From a virus, in the UHGV virus genome UHGV-0116964: a stretch of 41,926 nt of DNA; one strand, written 5' to 3'. The notes under the pieces were generated by a model that searched no databases, was not told the origin of the DNA, and saw only the letters and a list, made by a program, of their open reading frames with translations. The number at the start of each line of letters is the position of its first letter. The first letter of the stretch is position 1. Below, piece after piece: positions 26,665 through 36,991 of this stretch. The position numbers were made by a program, and so were the translations under genes.

Positions 26665-27054
26665 ATGGCGAAAGAAAAGCTGGTTACCATCCATGTTCAC
26701 ACCCCGTTTACGCTGACGCTCGGCGATCAGTCAAAAAGGGAGTTTGGCCGGGGACGGCATAACGTACCGGAAGAGGTCGCGTCGCACTGGTTCACCCAGG
26801 CGCACTCCGAGCTTTCCGAAAGCGTGATTAGCGACACCGATGATCTGCAACCCATTATCGACAGCCTGCAAGCTCAGATTGCCGACAAAGATAAGCAGAT
26901 TATCGATAAAGATCAGTTGATTGCCGATCTGCGAGAAGCGCTGCTCAAGCTGCAAGAGCAGAACGACAGCCTGCAAGCGCAGATTGCTGCCGCCCAGACT
27001 GGCGGTAATGGGGCGAAAGATGCCAAAGAATCAAAGCCTGCCAACAGTAAGTGA
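26665..27054 (+). CDS. Coiled-coil head-associated protein
   Basis: 129 aa; heptad-like [32 protein letters not shown]. Confidence 0.45.
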   Translation: MAKEKLVTIHVHTPFTLTLGDQSKREFGRGRHNVPEEVASHWFTQAHSELSESVISDTDDLQPIIDSLQAQIADKDKQIIDKDQLIADLREALLKLQEQNDSLQAQIAAAQTGGNGAKDAKESKPANSK

Positions 27055-27427
27055 TTTTCGGCGCGACTTTCCACAGTTTGCTGACCCTGCCAAATATCCC
27101 GAAGCACAAATCCAGTTTCGTCTGAATCTGGCTGATGTGCTGCTGAGCGAAAACGTCACCGGCAAAGAGTTGTTTCCGTACTTTGTCGAGTTGTTCGTGG
27201 CTCACTACATGACGCTCTGGGCGGCAGATAGCCGGGCAATGCTCGTCGGCGGCCCGGGTGGCTCAACCAATGGTGTTCAGTCCTCCAAGTCCGTTGACAA
27301 GGTAAGCGTCAGCTATGACACCAGCGCGACGCTAAACCCTGACGCAGGCTTCTGGAATAACACCCGATATGGCGCTGAATTTTATCAGCTGATCACGATG
27401 TTCGGTGCGGGCGGTCGCCAGCTATGA
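27020..27427 (+). CDS. Head-tail connector / neck protein (putative)
   Basis: Internal ATG of track ORF 26921..27427. Confidence 0.4.
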   Translation: MPKNQSLPTVSDFRRDFPQFADPAKYPEAQIQFRLNLADVLLSENVTGKELFPYFVELFVAHYMTLWAADSRAMLVGGPGGSTNGVQSSKSVDKVSVSYDTSATLNPDAGFWNNTRYGAEFYQLITMFGAGGRQL

Positions 27428-27978
27428 GTTTCAAAAGTGGTGTAACAACGAGGGTTGATAACGCTCAGGCCATTCTGGATGCGCTCCGGTCGCTAACCAA
27501 AAAGGATGTGCTGGTGGGCATCCCGGAAGAAGACAGCGAGCGTGAGGATGTTCCGTTTGGTAATGCCGGGATCGGTTACGTCAACGAATACGGCTCACCA
27601 GCGCAAAACATACCCCCACGCCCGCACCTGATCCCCGGCGTTAAATCCGTAGAGGAACAGACGGTGCCGCAGCTCAAAGCAGCGGCGCAGGCTGCGCTTG
27701 ATGGAAATGCGGCGGGTGCGGAAAGAGCGCTTAACCGCGCCGGAACGCTGGCCGCGAATGGTGTCAGGCGTTACATGACCATTACCGGCTTTACACCGCT
27801 TGCTGATAGCACCGTTGAAGCACGCGCACGCCGTGGGCGCAAAGGGGCAAAAGAGGAACTTGCGCGGCGCGCTGCTGGTGAGTCTCCTGGAACCGATCTG
27901 GTGAAACCGCTAATCGACACCGGGCAATATCGCAGAGCTATTACCCATATTGTGAGGGATAAAGATGCCGACTCTTGA
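27424..27978 (+). CDS. Neck / head completion protein (putative)
   Basis: 184 aa; ATGA-coupled. Confidence 0.45.
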   Translation: MSFKSGVTTRVDNAQAILDALRSLTKKDVLVGIPEEDSEREDVPFGNAGIGYVNEYGSPAQNIPPRPHLIPGVKSVEEQTVPQLKAAAQAALDGNAAGAERALNRAGTLAANGVRRYMTITGFTPLADSTVEARARRGRKGAKEELARRAAGESPGTDLVKPLIDTGQYRRAITHIVRDKDADS

Positions 27979-28354
27979 TGTAACAGACGTGCTTTTTGAC
28001 CCCGATTTTTGCGACTTCAACCTGTGGGTAACGCGTCGCGCGCAAACGGTGGACGATGACGGGATCGGCAGCGACAGCGAAGTTAAAACGCAGTTTGCCG
28101 GGGTTGTTACTGTTGACCGCTCCCTGGAAAACCGCCGCATGCAGGCCGGGCAGGTTATCAGCGGCGCGATTCTCATCGTGACAACTGAGCGGCTGACGCA
28201 GGGGCAGACTGGCCGTGATGCCGATATCGTGACGTATCAGAACCGTGATTATCGCGTGACATTCGTCGACCCGTATACGGCTTACGGTGCTGGCTTCGTC
28301 CAGGCTCATTGTGAATTACTGCCGTTTGATGGGGGAACTCCCATTGAGCAATAA
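27965..28354 (+). CDS. Tail completion protein (putative)
   Basis: 129 aa track ORF. Confidence 0.45.
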   Translation: MPTLDVTDVLFDPDFCDFNLWVTRRAQTVDDDGIGSDSEVKTQFAGVVTVDRSLENRRMQAGQVISGAILIVTTERLTQGQTGRDADIVTYQNRDYRVTFVDPYTAYGAGFVQAHCELLPFDGGTPIEQ

Positions 28355-28892
28355 CACCAGCACAGAGCGCGGCTGGCTGATACCAACCAGTGGCGATCCG
28401 GATTATGACGAAGCGCTCGACAGGCTGCTAAGCCAGTGGATGCGCAATGTTTCCGGCTTGCCGTCTGGAATGGTTCGTCCGCGCTGGCAGAAAAATCAGC
28501 CGCCACAGCCACCCGTTGAAACGAACTGGTGCGCGTTTGGCGTTACCGGGTTGCTCATTGATAACAACCCTGCATTCACCAATCAGACCGACGAGGGCGC
28601 TCAGCTCTGGCGGCATGAAACGTTCGAGTGCATGGCGTCGTTCTATGGCCCGGCTGGTATGTCTTATGCGTCCCGTTTTCGCGATGGCATATCTGTCCCG
28701 CAAAACAATGCTGAGCTGAACGCGCTTGGTTTGTCTCTGGGCGACTATACCGGTCTGACCCCTTTCCCCGAACTTATCAACCAGCAATGGGTTCGCCGCT
28801 ACGACATGACGGTGCGCCTGCGCCGGAAGGTCGTGCGCGAGTACGGCATTAAATCGCTGGTGGAAGCGCCAGTCACCTTTTTTGGAGAATAA
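28329..28892 (+). CDS. Structural protein (putative)
   Basis: Internal ATG of track ORF 28287..28892. Confidence 0.4.
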   Translation: MGELPLSNNTSTERGWLIPTSGDPDYDEALDRLLSQWMRNVSGLPSGMVRPRWQKNQPPQPPVETNWCAFGVTGLLIDNNPAFTNQTDEGAQLWRHETFECMASFYGPAGMSYASRFRDGISVPQNNAELNALGLSLGDYTGLTPFPELINQQWVRRYDMTVRLRRKVVREYGIKSLVEAPVTFFGE

Positions 28893-28895
28893 ACT

Positions 28896-30056
28896 ATGAC
28901 GCAGGGCTTACCTGTATCCAACGTTGTAAACGTTGATGTGATCATCTCGCCGAAAGCGGCTACTGGTCGTAACTTCGGCGCGCTGCTGATCCTCGGTTCT
29001 TCCACTGTCATTCCGGTGCAGGAGCGCGTTCGCCTTTATGCGTCCGTTGAGGACATTGGCGAGGACTTCGGAGTCGACAGCCCGGAATATGAAGCGGCGC
29101 AGGTTTTCTTCAGCCAGTCGCCGAAGCCGACGCAGGTTTATGTTGGCCGCTGGGCGAAGACGCTGACCTCTTCCGAAGGTGGAAGCGTGGAAACCATCGT
29201 GCAAGCTGTTAATGCCTGCCTGCAGTATACCAACTGGTATGGGCTGGTTGTCGCTGATGATGTTGCTGATGGCGATGATGTGCTTGATGCTGACGACGTG
29301 ATTGAGGTTGCTAAACTCATCGAAGCGTCCAGCCTGAGCCGCATTTTCGGGGTAACGTCAGCCGACGCTGAGATCATCAGCACGACTTCGACGACCGATG
29401 TTGCGTCTAAATTAAAGGCCGGTAAGTATACCCGTACCTTTATTCAATATTCCACCAGCAGCCCTTATGCGGCGGTTTCAGCTTTCGGTCGCGCGTTTAC
29501 TGTCAATTTCAACGGCAGCAATACTACCATTACCCTGAAATTCAAACAGGAACCGAGCGTAACCTACGAAACGCTGACGGTAGGACAGGCGGCGGCTGTG
29601 GATGCGAAGAATGCGAACGTGTTCGTGTACTACGCCAACGACACGGCGATCCTGCAACAGGGTGTCATGGCGAACGGTGACTTCTTCGACGAGCGCCACG
29701 GGCTCGACTGGTTGCAGAACTACGTTCAGACCAACCTCTATAACCTGCTTTACACCAGCACCACCAAAATTCCGCAGACTGATGCCGGTGTGACCCGTCT
29801 GCTTTCCAACGTTGAACAGTCCATGGATCAGTCCGTCACGAATGGTCTGGTAGCGGCTGGCGTGTGGAATGGTGGCCCTATCGGACAGCTGAATTCCGGC
29901 GATACGCTGACCAAAGGCTATTACGTGTATGCGCAACCGCTGTCCGAACAGGCGCAGGCCGACCGCGAAGCGCGCAAAGCACCGTTAATCCAGGTGGCCT
30001 GTAAGCTGGCTGGCGCAGTTCATTATGCCGATGTGCAGATCAACGTGGTTCGCTAA
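28896..30056 (+). CDS. Tail sheath protein (putative)
   Basis: 386 aa; first gene of the sheath-tube-chaperone-tape measure order. Confidence 0.55.
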   Translation: MTQGLPVSNVVNVDVIISPKAATGRNFGALLILGSSTVIPVQERVRLYASVEDIGEDFGVDSPEYEAAQVFFSQSPKPTQVYVGRWAKTLTSSEGGSVETIVQAVNACLQYTNWYGLVVADDVADGDDVLDADDVIEVAKLIEASSLSRIFGVTSADAEIISTTSTTDVASKLKAGKYTRTFIQYSTSSPYAAVSAFGRAFTVNFNGSNTTITLKFKQEPSVTYETLTVGQAAAVDAKNANVFVYYANDTAILQQGVMANGDFFDERHGLDWLQNYVQTNLYNLLYTSTTKIPQTDAGVTRLLSNVEQSMDQSVTNGLVAAGVWNGGPIGQLNSGDTLTKGYYVYAQPLSEQAQADREARKAPLIQVACKLAGAVHYADVQINVVR

Positions 30057-30066
30057 GGAGCGATAA

Positions 30067-30507
30067 ATGGCAACTTATTCTTTTCTCGATGTAACCGCGT
30101 CGCTCACCGGGCCGACCGGAGTTATCGATCTTGGTCAGGGTTCTGCGAACTCTGAGGAAGGTATCACCCAGACTATGGGCGGCAACAAGAACACCATGAC
30201 CATCGGTGCCGATGGCGAAGTGATGCACAGCCTGCACGCCGATAAGTCAGGCACCATTACGGTGACGCTGCTGAAAACCTCCCCGGTGAACAAGAAGCTG
30301 TCTCTGGCGTATAACGCGCAAAGCCAGTCCTCTGCCACCTGGGGAAATAACGTGATCGTCATTCGCAACACGGCATCGGGTGATATTTCTACTGCGCGTT
30401 CGTGTGCATTCCAGAAACAGCCTGATTTCAATAACGCCAAAGAGGGCGGAACCGTAGCCTGGGTATTCGATTGCGGCAAGATTGACCAGCTGCTCGGGGA
30501 GTTTTAA
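30067..30507 (+). CDS. Tail tube protein (putative)
   Basis: 146 aa, directly after sheath. Confidence 0.5.
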   Translation: MATYSFLDVTASLTGPTGVIDLGQGSANSEEGITQTMGGNKNTMTIGADGEVMHSLHADKSGTITVTLLKTSPVNKKLSLAYNAQSQSSATWGNNVIVIRNTASGDISTARSCAFQKQPDFNNAKEGGTVAWVFDCGKIDQLLGEF

Positions 30508-30510
30508 CGC

Positions 30511-30936
30511 ATGGAATTCGAAATTAAAGGCGTGAAATATCGCACCGCAAAGCTCAGCGTTTTCGAACAGCTGAAGGTGTCCCGAAAGCTGTTGCCGGTG
30601 CTGGCCGGGATGGTTTCTGACTTCCGGAGCGTTCAGGAGAAGATCAGCAGCAAAGACACCGAAGGCGCGATGGCTACCATCCTGCCAAAGATTGCCAATG
30701 CTGTGTCCGATCTGAGCGATGGCGACGTTGACGCTATCCTGTTCCCCTGCCTTTCCGTTGTTTCACGCGAGCACATGAAAGGCTGGGTGCCGGTCTGCCA
30801 GCATGGCGAAATGGCGTTTGACGATATCGACCTGCTGACCATGCTGCAACTGGTGGCGCGGGTGGTCGCCGACTCGCTGGGAAATTTTTTGCAAGGACTC
30901 CCTACCAGCGAGACGCCCACCCCGCCAGCGGAATAA
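30511..30936 (+). CDS. Tail assembly chaperone (short form)
   Basis: 141 aa; slippery heptamer near the 3' end with an open -1 frame downstream. Confidence 0.5.
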   Translation: MEFEIKGVKYRTAKLSVFEQLKVSRKLLPVLAGMVSDFRSVQEKISSKDTEGAMATILPKIANAVSDLSDGDVDAILFPCLSVVSREHMKGWVPVCQHGEMAFDDIDLLTMLQLVARVVADSLGNFLQGLPTSETPTPPAE

Positions 30937-31124
30937 CCTTCAACAGCCTGCCGGGCGGTGAAGACTTTATTCTTCGTCCGGCGCTTGCCTTCCATATTGA
31001 CCAGAAAGACCTTAACAGCGGTGCGGTAGACCTCTGCCGTATCGCGCTTCTCAATGACTACCTCGACATGCGCGAGGATAACGACGCCCGGGTAGATAAA
31101 TGGAGAGCGGCCAATGAGCGGTAA
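30882..31124 (+). other. Programmed -1 frameshift site (A_AAT_TTT) and -1 frame extension of the chaperone
   Basis: Heptamer AAATTTT at about 30882..30888; the -1 frame is open from there to a TAA at about 31122, with no start codon of its own until near its end. Confidence 0.5.
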
Positions 31125-33381
31125 CGCAGATACGATTAAAGACTTCCTTGTTTCGCTGGGATTCGATATCGATCAGGCTGGCGCTAATAAGTTTGAAGCC
31201 GTGCTGAAAGGCGTTACCGCAAACGTTCTGAAGGTCGGCGCGGTGGTGGAAGGCGCAGCGCTGAGCATTGTCGGATTTACCACCCAGATCGCGAATGGTC
31301 TGGATAAAATTTACTGGGCATCCCAACGGACGGGGGCCAGCGTCCAGGGCATCAAAGCGCTGGGCTATGCCGCGTCGCAAACCGGTGCCAGCGCCGAGTC
31401 GGCCATGTCCTCCCTCGAAGGGCTGGCCGGTTTCATGCGTAGCAATCCGGGGGCGGAAGGCTTCCTGAACCGTCTTGGTGTCCAGACCCGAGATGCCAGC
31501 GGAAAGATGCGTGATACTGCGGCCATCTTTACTGGCGTTGGGCAAAAGCTCAACAACATGCCGTATTACCGCGCGAAGCAATACGCGCAGATGCTTGGCA
31601 TCGATGAAAACACGCTGATGGCGATGCGGCGCGGCATGAATGGCTTTACCGCCGATTACCAGTCTATGCTGCAAAAGACTGGGTTCAACGCTGATAAGGC
31701 GGCTGTGCAGTCCAATAAATTCATGACGTCCATGCGCGGGCTTACGTCGCTGTTCGGCATTATGCGGGACAAGATCGGCTCAAACCTCGCTGGTGGTCTT
31801 GCTGGTTCGCTGGACAGCCTGCGGCGGCGCATCCTCGACAACTTCCCGAAGATTGAAGAGACGCTGACCAGAGTTATTAAAGGCGTGATCTGGCTTGCGA
31901 ACGCCTTCACGCGAATGGCGTGGCGGCTCATACAGGGCGCTGGCTCTGTCATTGACTGGTGGAAGCGTCTTGACGATGGCAGTAAAAATCTGCTGAAAAT
32001 ATTCGGTGCTCTACTTGTCGCATGGCGTCTGCTTAATTCTGCGTTCCTGAAATCCCCGATTGGAATTATCACCACGCTGATTCTGGCGATCGGATTACTC
32101 TATGACGATTATCAGACGTGGAAAGAAGGCGGTAAAAGCCTGATTGACTGGTCCAAGTGGGAGCCTGCAATAGAAAAGGCGAAAAAGGCAATTCTCTGGC
32201 TGCGCGATAAGCTTCTGGGGCTGAAAGATTCTGTTGGTGGATGGCAGAACTCGCTGGAAATTTTGGCTACTTTCATCGCTGGGGTATGGGTAACAAAAGT
32301 ATTGGGAGCATTCGCAAAAATATCCGGTCTTCCGATACCTCCATGGCTTAAATTATGGGGAGCGTATGCTGGTTACCTGGTTTCAGATCGTGAAAACATA
32401 AAAGCCAGTGCTAAATCATCTTTGGACTATACCAAAAGGAACATTGGTGATGCTCTTGCTACGGTTGGCATCAAAACCGACCTTGGGCGAAAAGATGTTA
32501 GCGAGGTAAGAGAATGGCCCGCATGGATGGATTGGCTGCATGGTGGCCCAGGTAAGATTATTCGTCAGGCGCAAAGCAATGGCGTCGTTTATGGCGATAA
32601 TGTTCAGCCTGACATTCCCGGGGCGGAACAGCATGTTCGTAGTAATGAAATTGCCCCGCATGAAAGAGATGAAATAAAAAACCGTCAGCAGGCTGCTAAT
32701 GGTTATCTTGAAAAAATCTCAGACGGGATTGCCAAAATCGGTAATTTATTTTTCTCCCCGGCTGGAGCTGCTGAAATCTCTCCAAATATATCGGGTGACC
32801 CCTCCCAGTTTGCGCAATCAGTCAAACGTCCACAGGCCACAGCCCAGGGCAAAGTATTGCTCGACTGGATGGGGCCAATGTTCAATAAACTTGAGTCGCT
32901 TTATCAACTTCCAGCTGGTCTATTGAAAAGTGTGGCGATAACCGAGTCAGGTGGTAACCAGTTCGCCATGTCCGGCGCGGGTGCAAAGGGGCTGTTCCAG
33001 TTCATGGATGGCACGGCGCGAGACATGGGCCTGCGTGGTAACGATGTGTTCGACCCGGAAAAGTCAGCTCAGGCAGCCGCTAAGTACCTTAGCCAGCTAT
33101 TGCGGCAGAACGGCGGAGACCTTAGCAAAGCACTTGCATCATATAACTGGGGAATCGGGAACGTTCAACGTTATGGAATGGGGCTAATGCCGCAGGAAAC
33201 GCGCAATTACATTCCGAAAGTAATGAGCAATATGCCCACCAGCGCCCCGGTGATTCAGCAGGAAACGAACATTAACATCCACGGCGTTTCCGATCCTCGC
33301 GAAGCTGCCCGTTTGACTGTTGACCGTCAAAAGGGTGTGAATTCACAGTTAACCCAGCAACTCCCCGCAGGACCGAGATAA
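31114..33381 (+). CDS. Tape measure protein with C-terminal lytic transglycosylase (SLT) domain
   Basis: 755 aa; ESGGNQFAMSGAGAKGLFQFMDGTARDMG is an SLT catalytic motif. Confidence 0.75.
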   Translation: MSGNADTIKDFLVSLGFDIDQAGANKFEAVLKGVTANVLKVGAVVEGAALSIVGFTTQIANGLDKIYWASQRTGASVQGIKALGYAASQTGASAESAMSSLEGLAGFMRSNPGAEGFLNRLGVQTRDASGKMRDTAAIFTGVGQKLNNMPYYRAKQYAQMLGIDENTLMAMRRGMNGFTADYQSMLQKTGFNADKAAVQSNKFMTSMRGLTSLFGIMRDKIGSNLAGGLAGSLDSLRRRILDNFPKIEETLTRVIKGVIWLANAFTRMAWRLIQGAGSVIDWWKRLDDGSKNLLKIFGALLVAWRLLNSAFLKSPIGIITTLILAIGLLYDDYQTWKEGGKSLIDWSKWEPAIEKAKKAILWLRDKLLGLKDSVGGWQNSLEILATFIAGVWVTKVLGAFAKISGLPIPPWLKLWGAYAGYLVSDRENIKASAKSSLDYTKRNIGDALATVGIKTDLGRKDVSEVREWPAWMDWLHGGPGKIIRQAQSNGVVYGDNVQPDIPGAEQHVRSNEIAPHERDEIKNRQQAANGYLEKISDGIAKIGNLFFSPAGAAEISPNISGDPSQFAQSVKRPQATAQGKVLLDWMGPMFNKLESLYQLPAGLLKSVAITESGGNQFAMSGAGAKGLFQFMDGTARDMGLRGNDVFDPEKSAQAAAKYLSQLLRQNGGDLSKALASYNWGIGNVQRYGMGLMPQETRNYIPKVMSNMPTSAPVIQQETNINIHGVSDPREAARLTVDRQKGVNSQLTQQLPAGPR

Positions 33382-33983
33382 TGGATATTTTATCAGCGAT
33401 TTTTCGCCAGCAATCACGGCGAATTGGCCTGCTGATCCCCAGCGTGGTCGTTTCCGAAAAGCATTCTGATGCGCTCGAAATTACTGAGCACCCGGTGGAG
33501 AAGCCAACAACGAATAGCGCCTCGGGTTTCATCGCCGATCATGCGTATAAGCGCCCCAGCGAAGTCACAATGGAATGCGGCTTCGCTGGGGGCGGTTCGT
33601 TGCTGGACTTCATTGATACATCTTCAATCGGCCTCAGCGCCGGACTGAGCCCGAAAGAGACCTATCAGCAACTGCTGGATCTCCAGTCCTCCCGGGTGCC
33701 GTTCGATGTGGTGACCGGGAAGCGGGTGTACAGCAATATGCTGGTGAGAGCCATCGAGGTGACAACGGACAAAACCAGCGAGAACGTGCTGAACTGCACG
33801 CTTACCCTGCGTGAAGTGATCATGTCGCAAACGCAGAGCGTTAGCGTTGCTGATAAATCAGATATGCAGGATGGCGTCAGCACATCGGCGGTGCAAAATT
33901 CCGGGACGAAATCCACTACACCGCCAAACGAATCTTTGCTGAGCCAGCTGGGCGGAAGCGTTACATCAGCATTCGGGGGATGA
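33381..33983 (+). CDS. Tail/baseplate protein (Mu N-position)
   Basis: 200 aa; ATGA-coupled to the tape measure gene. Confidence 0.45.
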   Translation: MDILSAIFRQQSRRIGLLIPSVVVSEKHSDALEITEHPVEKPTTNSASGFIADHAYKRPSEVTMECGFAGGGSLLDFIDTSSIGLSAGLSPKETYQQLLDLQSSRVPFDVVTGKRVYSNMLVRAIEVTTDKTSENVLNCTLTLREVIMSQTQSVSVADKSDMQDGVSTSAVQNSGTKSTTPPNESLLSQLGGSVTSAFGG

Positions 33984-33984
33984 T

Positions 33985-34290
33985 ATGCAGTTTAACGAAA
34001 TACCGCTTTCTCCTGACAATCAGCAGTTCCGCGTTTTGCTGGGCAATACTACGTATACGCTCAGGATCATCTGGCGCGATGCGGCTGGTTGGATTATGGA
34101 CGTGATGGATAGCGGCGGTGCCGCGCTTCTCTCTGGCGTACCTCTACTGACCGGCGTGAACCTTTTACGACAATTTCCACAGCTTGGCATTGATGGTGCG
34201 CTGGTGGTGGCGACCGATAAGGGCGCACCAGACGAGCCCACCAAAACCAACCTCGGCACATACAGCCACCTCATTTTCGTGCAGGAGTAG
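33985..34290 (+). CDS. Tail protein (putative)
   Basis: 101 aa track ORF. Confidence 0.4.
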   Translation: MQFNEIPLSPDNQQFRVLLGNTTYTLRIIWRDAAGWIMDVMDSGGAALLSGVPLLTGVNLLRQFPQLGIDGALVVATDKGAPDEPTKTNLGTYSHLIFVQE

Positions 34291-34292
34291 AA

Positions 34293-35357
34293 ATGTCTCT
34301 TAACTGGATGCGCCATTTTGAGTTGCAGCTGTTGGACCAGAACGGGCAGGGTATTTCCCTGTCTGATTTTAAGGTCACGTTCCAGATCGAGTGGGCAGAT
34401 ACACGCTGGCCGCGCGTGGCAAACGTGAAAATTTACAACCTTTCGACCGATACCACGAACAAGATACTGGGGCAGGAGTTTGCAAAAATTCGCATCATTG
34501 CCGGGTATGACGGTATTGCGCCGGATGTTGATGCGAGCCAGGTTGGTGTCGCCCGGGAGATTTCACCAGACCAGGTAGGGCAGGTGAACGGTCAGAACTA
34601 CGGCCTGATATTTGACGGTGATATTCGCTTCACCGTCACCGGGAAGGACAACATCACCGATTCCTGGGTGCTGATTCAGGCCATCAGTAACCACGAAGCG
34701 TTCCTCTACGCGACTACCATCACCACGCTTGCCGCTGGCTATACCGTTGCGGATCTGCACCGGGCGACGATGCAGGATTTCAACGCGTTCGGCGTGACAC
34801 AGGGCATTACCGGCGATTTTCCTGATACCGTGTTTCCTCGTGGCCGCGCGATTTACTCATCCAGCCGCAACGTGATGGATAATATTGCTGCGCAGTGCAA
34901 AGCGACATGGCAACTGGTGGATGGTCAGGTCCAGATGGTGCCGGAGGATAAATATATTCACGAAGCCATTGTGTTGAATGCCAATACTGGCCTGATCGGT
35001 ATGCCGCAACAAACGATGGGCGGCGGAGTAAACGTGCGGTGCCTGATAAACCCAAACATCCGTATTAATGGTCTTATCCAGCTCGATCAGGCTTCGGTGT
35101 ACCGCGCCACGCTCGGCAATAGCGAAATAGCACAGTCGCCCGGGCGTATCACCGAAACAGAAGAGAACGGCAACCGTGTGCTGACCGGCACGACGTCACA
35201 GGCTGCCAGCATTGCGACGGATGGCGTTTATATCGTCAAAGCTATCGACTATACTGGCGACACCAGAGGTCAGGCGTGGTACATGGATTTGATGTGTTTT
35301 GCGCGTGGCGCTCGTGATCTTTATAGCCCGAAAGCAATGCAAGGGACGACGAATTAG
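34293..35357 (+). CDS. Baseplate hub-like protein (putative)
   Basis: 354 aa track ORF. Confidence 0.45.
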   Translation: MSLNWMRHFELQLLDQNGQGISLSDFKVTFQIEWADTRWPRVANVKIYNLSTDTTNKILGQEFAKIRIIAGYDGIAPDVDASQVGVAREISPDQVGQVNGQNYGLIFDGDIRFTVTGKDNITDSWVLIQAISNHEAFLYATTITTLAAGYTVADLHRATMQDFNAFGVTQGITGDFPDTVFPRGRAIYSSSRNVMDNIAAQCKATWQLVDGQVQMVPEDKYIHEAIVLNANTGLIGMPQQTMGGGVNVRCLINPNIRINGLIQLDQASVYRATLGNSEIAQSPGRITETEENGNRVLTGTTSQAASIATDGVYIVKAIDYTGDTRGQAWYMDLMCFARGARDLYSPKAMQGTTN

Positions 35358-35369
35358 TGAGGTGGGGCC

Positions 35370-35714
35370 GTGAGACATTTACTTTGCACTGTTACCGTGT
35401 TCGCGGTGCTTATATCAGCACCCGCTTTTGCGGATCAGCAATGTGGTGATTTTAAAATCCATTGGGCAGATGATGGCTTAGCCAGAATCAATGGCGCAAA
35501 GCCAGAAATGCAAAAAATCACCTTCCTGAAAAACAAAGGCGATTATAACAATATCAAGATGGATTGGCGTATGGCTACCGATCAGCCTGGAAGATGGGTT
35601 GGTCTTGAGTACATCAATCGAAACGGCAAAGCCATTCTCAACGCACAGTGGTTGCAAGCCAGCATGGATTCGCCGCGTCAGTATGCAACATACGACTGCC
35701 GAAAAGTAAAATAG
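35370..35714 (+). CDS. Cargo secreted protein with signal peptide
   Basis: 114 aa; MRHLLCTVTVFAVLISAPAFA then DQQ (signal-peptidase-like AxA site); two cysteines; followed by an AT-rich island. Confidence 0.55.
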   Translation: MRHLLCTVTVFAVLISAPAFADQQCGDFKIHWADDGLARINGAKPEMQKITFLKNKGDYNNIKMDWRMATDQPGRWVGLEYINRNGKAILNAQWLQASMDSPRQYATYDCRKVK

Positions 35715-35732
35715 CCCGCCAGATAGGCGGGC
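35701..35732 (-). terminator. Intrinsic terminator for the minus-strand cargo gene (hairpin shared with the + gene)
   Basis: GCCCGCC-AGATA-GGCGGGC perfect 7-bp stem; U-tract only on the minus strand. Confidence 0.55.
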
Positions 35733-35737
35733 ATGCG

Positions 35738-36028
35738 TCAAAAATATTGAGCTTTAATTATAATAAACACAATAATTACGAACAGGATGTTTCTAATTAT
35801 TTTTTGCTTATGAGTAAGTTGTTTTTTTTCTGTCGATTTCCCGGGAGAGTAAAGGTTAGTGGTATGCGACAGCCCCGTGCCGGGAAGGCCATTTGTCATC
35901 TTTACGCCTTTTTTCCCGATGTTAATGGTGGAACCTTTACCACCAATTGAAGTGCTTACTCCGCTTTTATTAATGTTGATCGCGAGTCCGGGCGCAATCC
36001 GGATTCTTTTACGAAATCTAAATCCCAT
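35738..36028 (-). CDS. DUF4236-like protein with C-terminal TM anchor (antisense cargo gene)
   Basis: 96 aa; MGFRFRKRIRIAPGLAININKSGVSTSIGGKG matches the conserved DUF4236 N-terminus as I recall it; AGGAG SD 7 nt upstream. Confidence 0.6.
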   Translation of the reverse strand: MGFRFRKRIRIAPGLAININKSGVSTSIGGKGSTINIGKKGVKMTNGLPGTGLSHTTNLYSPGKSTEKKQLTHKQKIIRNILFVIIVFIIIKAQYF

Positions 36029-36215
36029 TTGTTACTCCTGTAGTCAATAATGCGATGGTGCAGGTCCACTCTATGGCGGCTTCATGGCTGAAATTGATTT
36101 TCAATGCTTACTTGTTGCAAACATATCCTAATACACCTTGTGAATGTGTGCCATTGCAGCGGAAAAGCCTTACTTCACACTGATGTAGCTTAGTTACTAA
36201 GAGATAATTGATACC

Positions 36216-36239
36216 AAACCAGCTTCGGCTGGTTTTTTT
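36216..36239 (+). terminator. Intrinsic terminator
   Basis: AAACCAGC-TTCG-GCTGGTTT perfect stem followed by a T-run, 12 nt before the next tail gene. Confidence 0.6.
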
Positions 36240-36250
36240 ATGGGGGTTTT

Positions 36251-36991
36251 ATGCCAATTCCAACTCAATCACAGATCGGCGGTGAGCAGCAGACCGCGCA
36301 GGCCATTGCCGATTCGGTGTCGACCCAGATGCGCGTAGCGATGCCCGGCATCATTCAGTCGTTCGATCCTGAGACTGTTACCTGCACAGTAGAGGTGGCG
36401 CTACGCGGTATTGTTGGCGATGGATCCACCGAATTAAAACCGCTGGTGGATGTGCCGGTCATCTTCCCGCGCGGCGGCGGTTGCACGCTGACCTTTCCGG
36501 TAAAAGAAGGCGACGAGTGCCTCCTGATTTTTGCTGACCGTTGCATCGATTTTTGGTGGCAGAGCGGCGGCGTTCAGGAGACCGTCGACCCGCGCCAGCA
36601 TGACTTATCTGATGCGTTCGCCATCGTTGGCCCGCAGTCGCAAGCACGGAAAATCAGCGGTATCAGTACCAGCGCCGCGCAGCTGCGAACCGATGATGGT
36701 GCGGCGTTTGTAGAAGTCGCCGCAGGACATAACATCACCATTAAAACACCGGGCCAGCTTACAGCTACGGCTGAAGGTGGAACGACAATCACATCCCCGA
36801 CTATCACGCTGAACGGCAACGTAACGATTAATGGCAACTTGTCTCAGGGAATGGGCGAAAGCGGCGGTACTGCGACGATGCTTGGGCCGGTGACGGTAAC
36901 GAATGACGTAACAGCTTCTGGTATCAGTGTCGCCACGCATAAACATGGCGGAGTACAGACTGGCGGGGGAACTACCGGAGGGCCGCAATAA
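36251..36991 (+). CDS. Baseplate spike / central protein (Mu gp45-like)
   Basis: 246 aa; Gly/Thr-rich C-terminal repeats typical of spike proteins. Confidence 0.55.
   Translation: MPIPTQSQIGGEQQTAQAIADSVSTQMRVAMPGIIQSFDPETVTCTVEVALRGIVGDGSTELKPLVDVPVIFPRGGGCTLTFPVKEGDECLLIFADRCIDFWWQSGGVQETVDPRQHDLSDAFAIVGPQSQARKISGISTSAAQLRTDDGAAFVEVAAGHNITIKTPGQLTATAEGGTTITSPTITLNGNVTINGNLSQGMGESGGTATMLGPVTVTNDVTASGISVATHKHGGVQTGGGTTGGPQ

Noticed and set aside
26731-27205. Minus-strand ORFs overlapping the coiled-coil head gene
   Set aside because: Antisense to structural genes in an otherwise uniformly + strand late operon; no SD.
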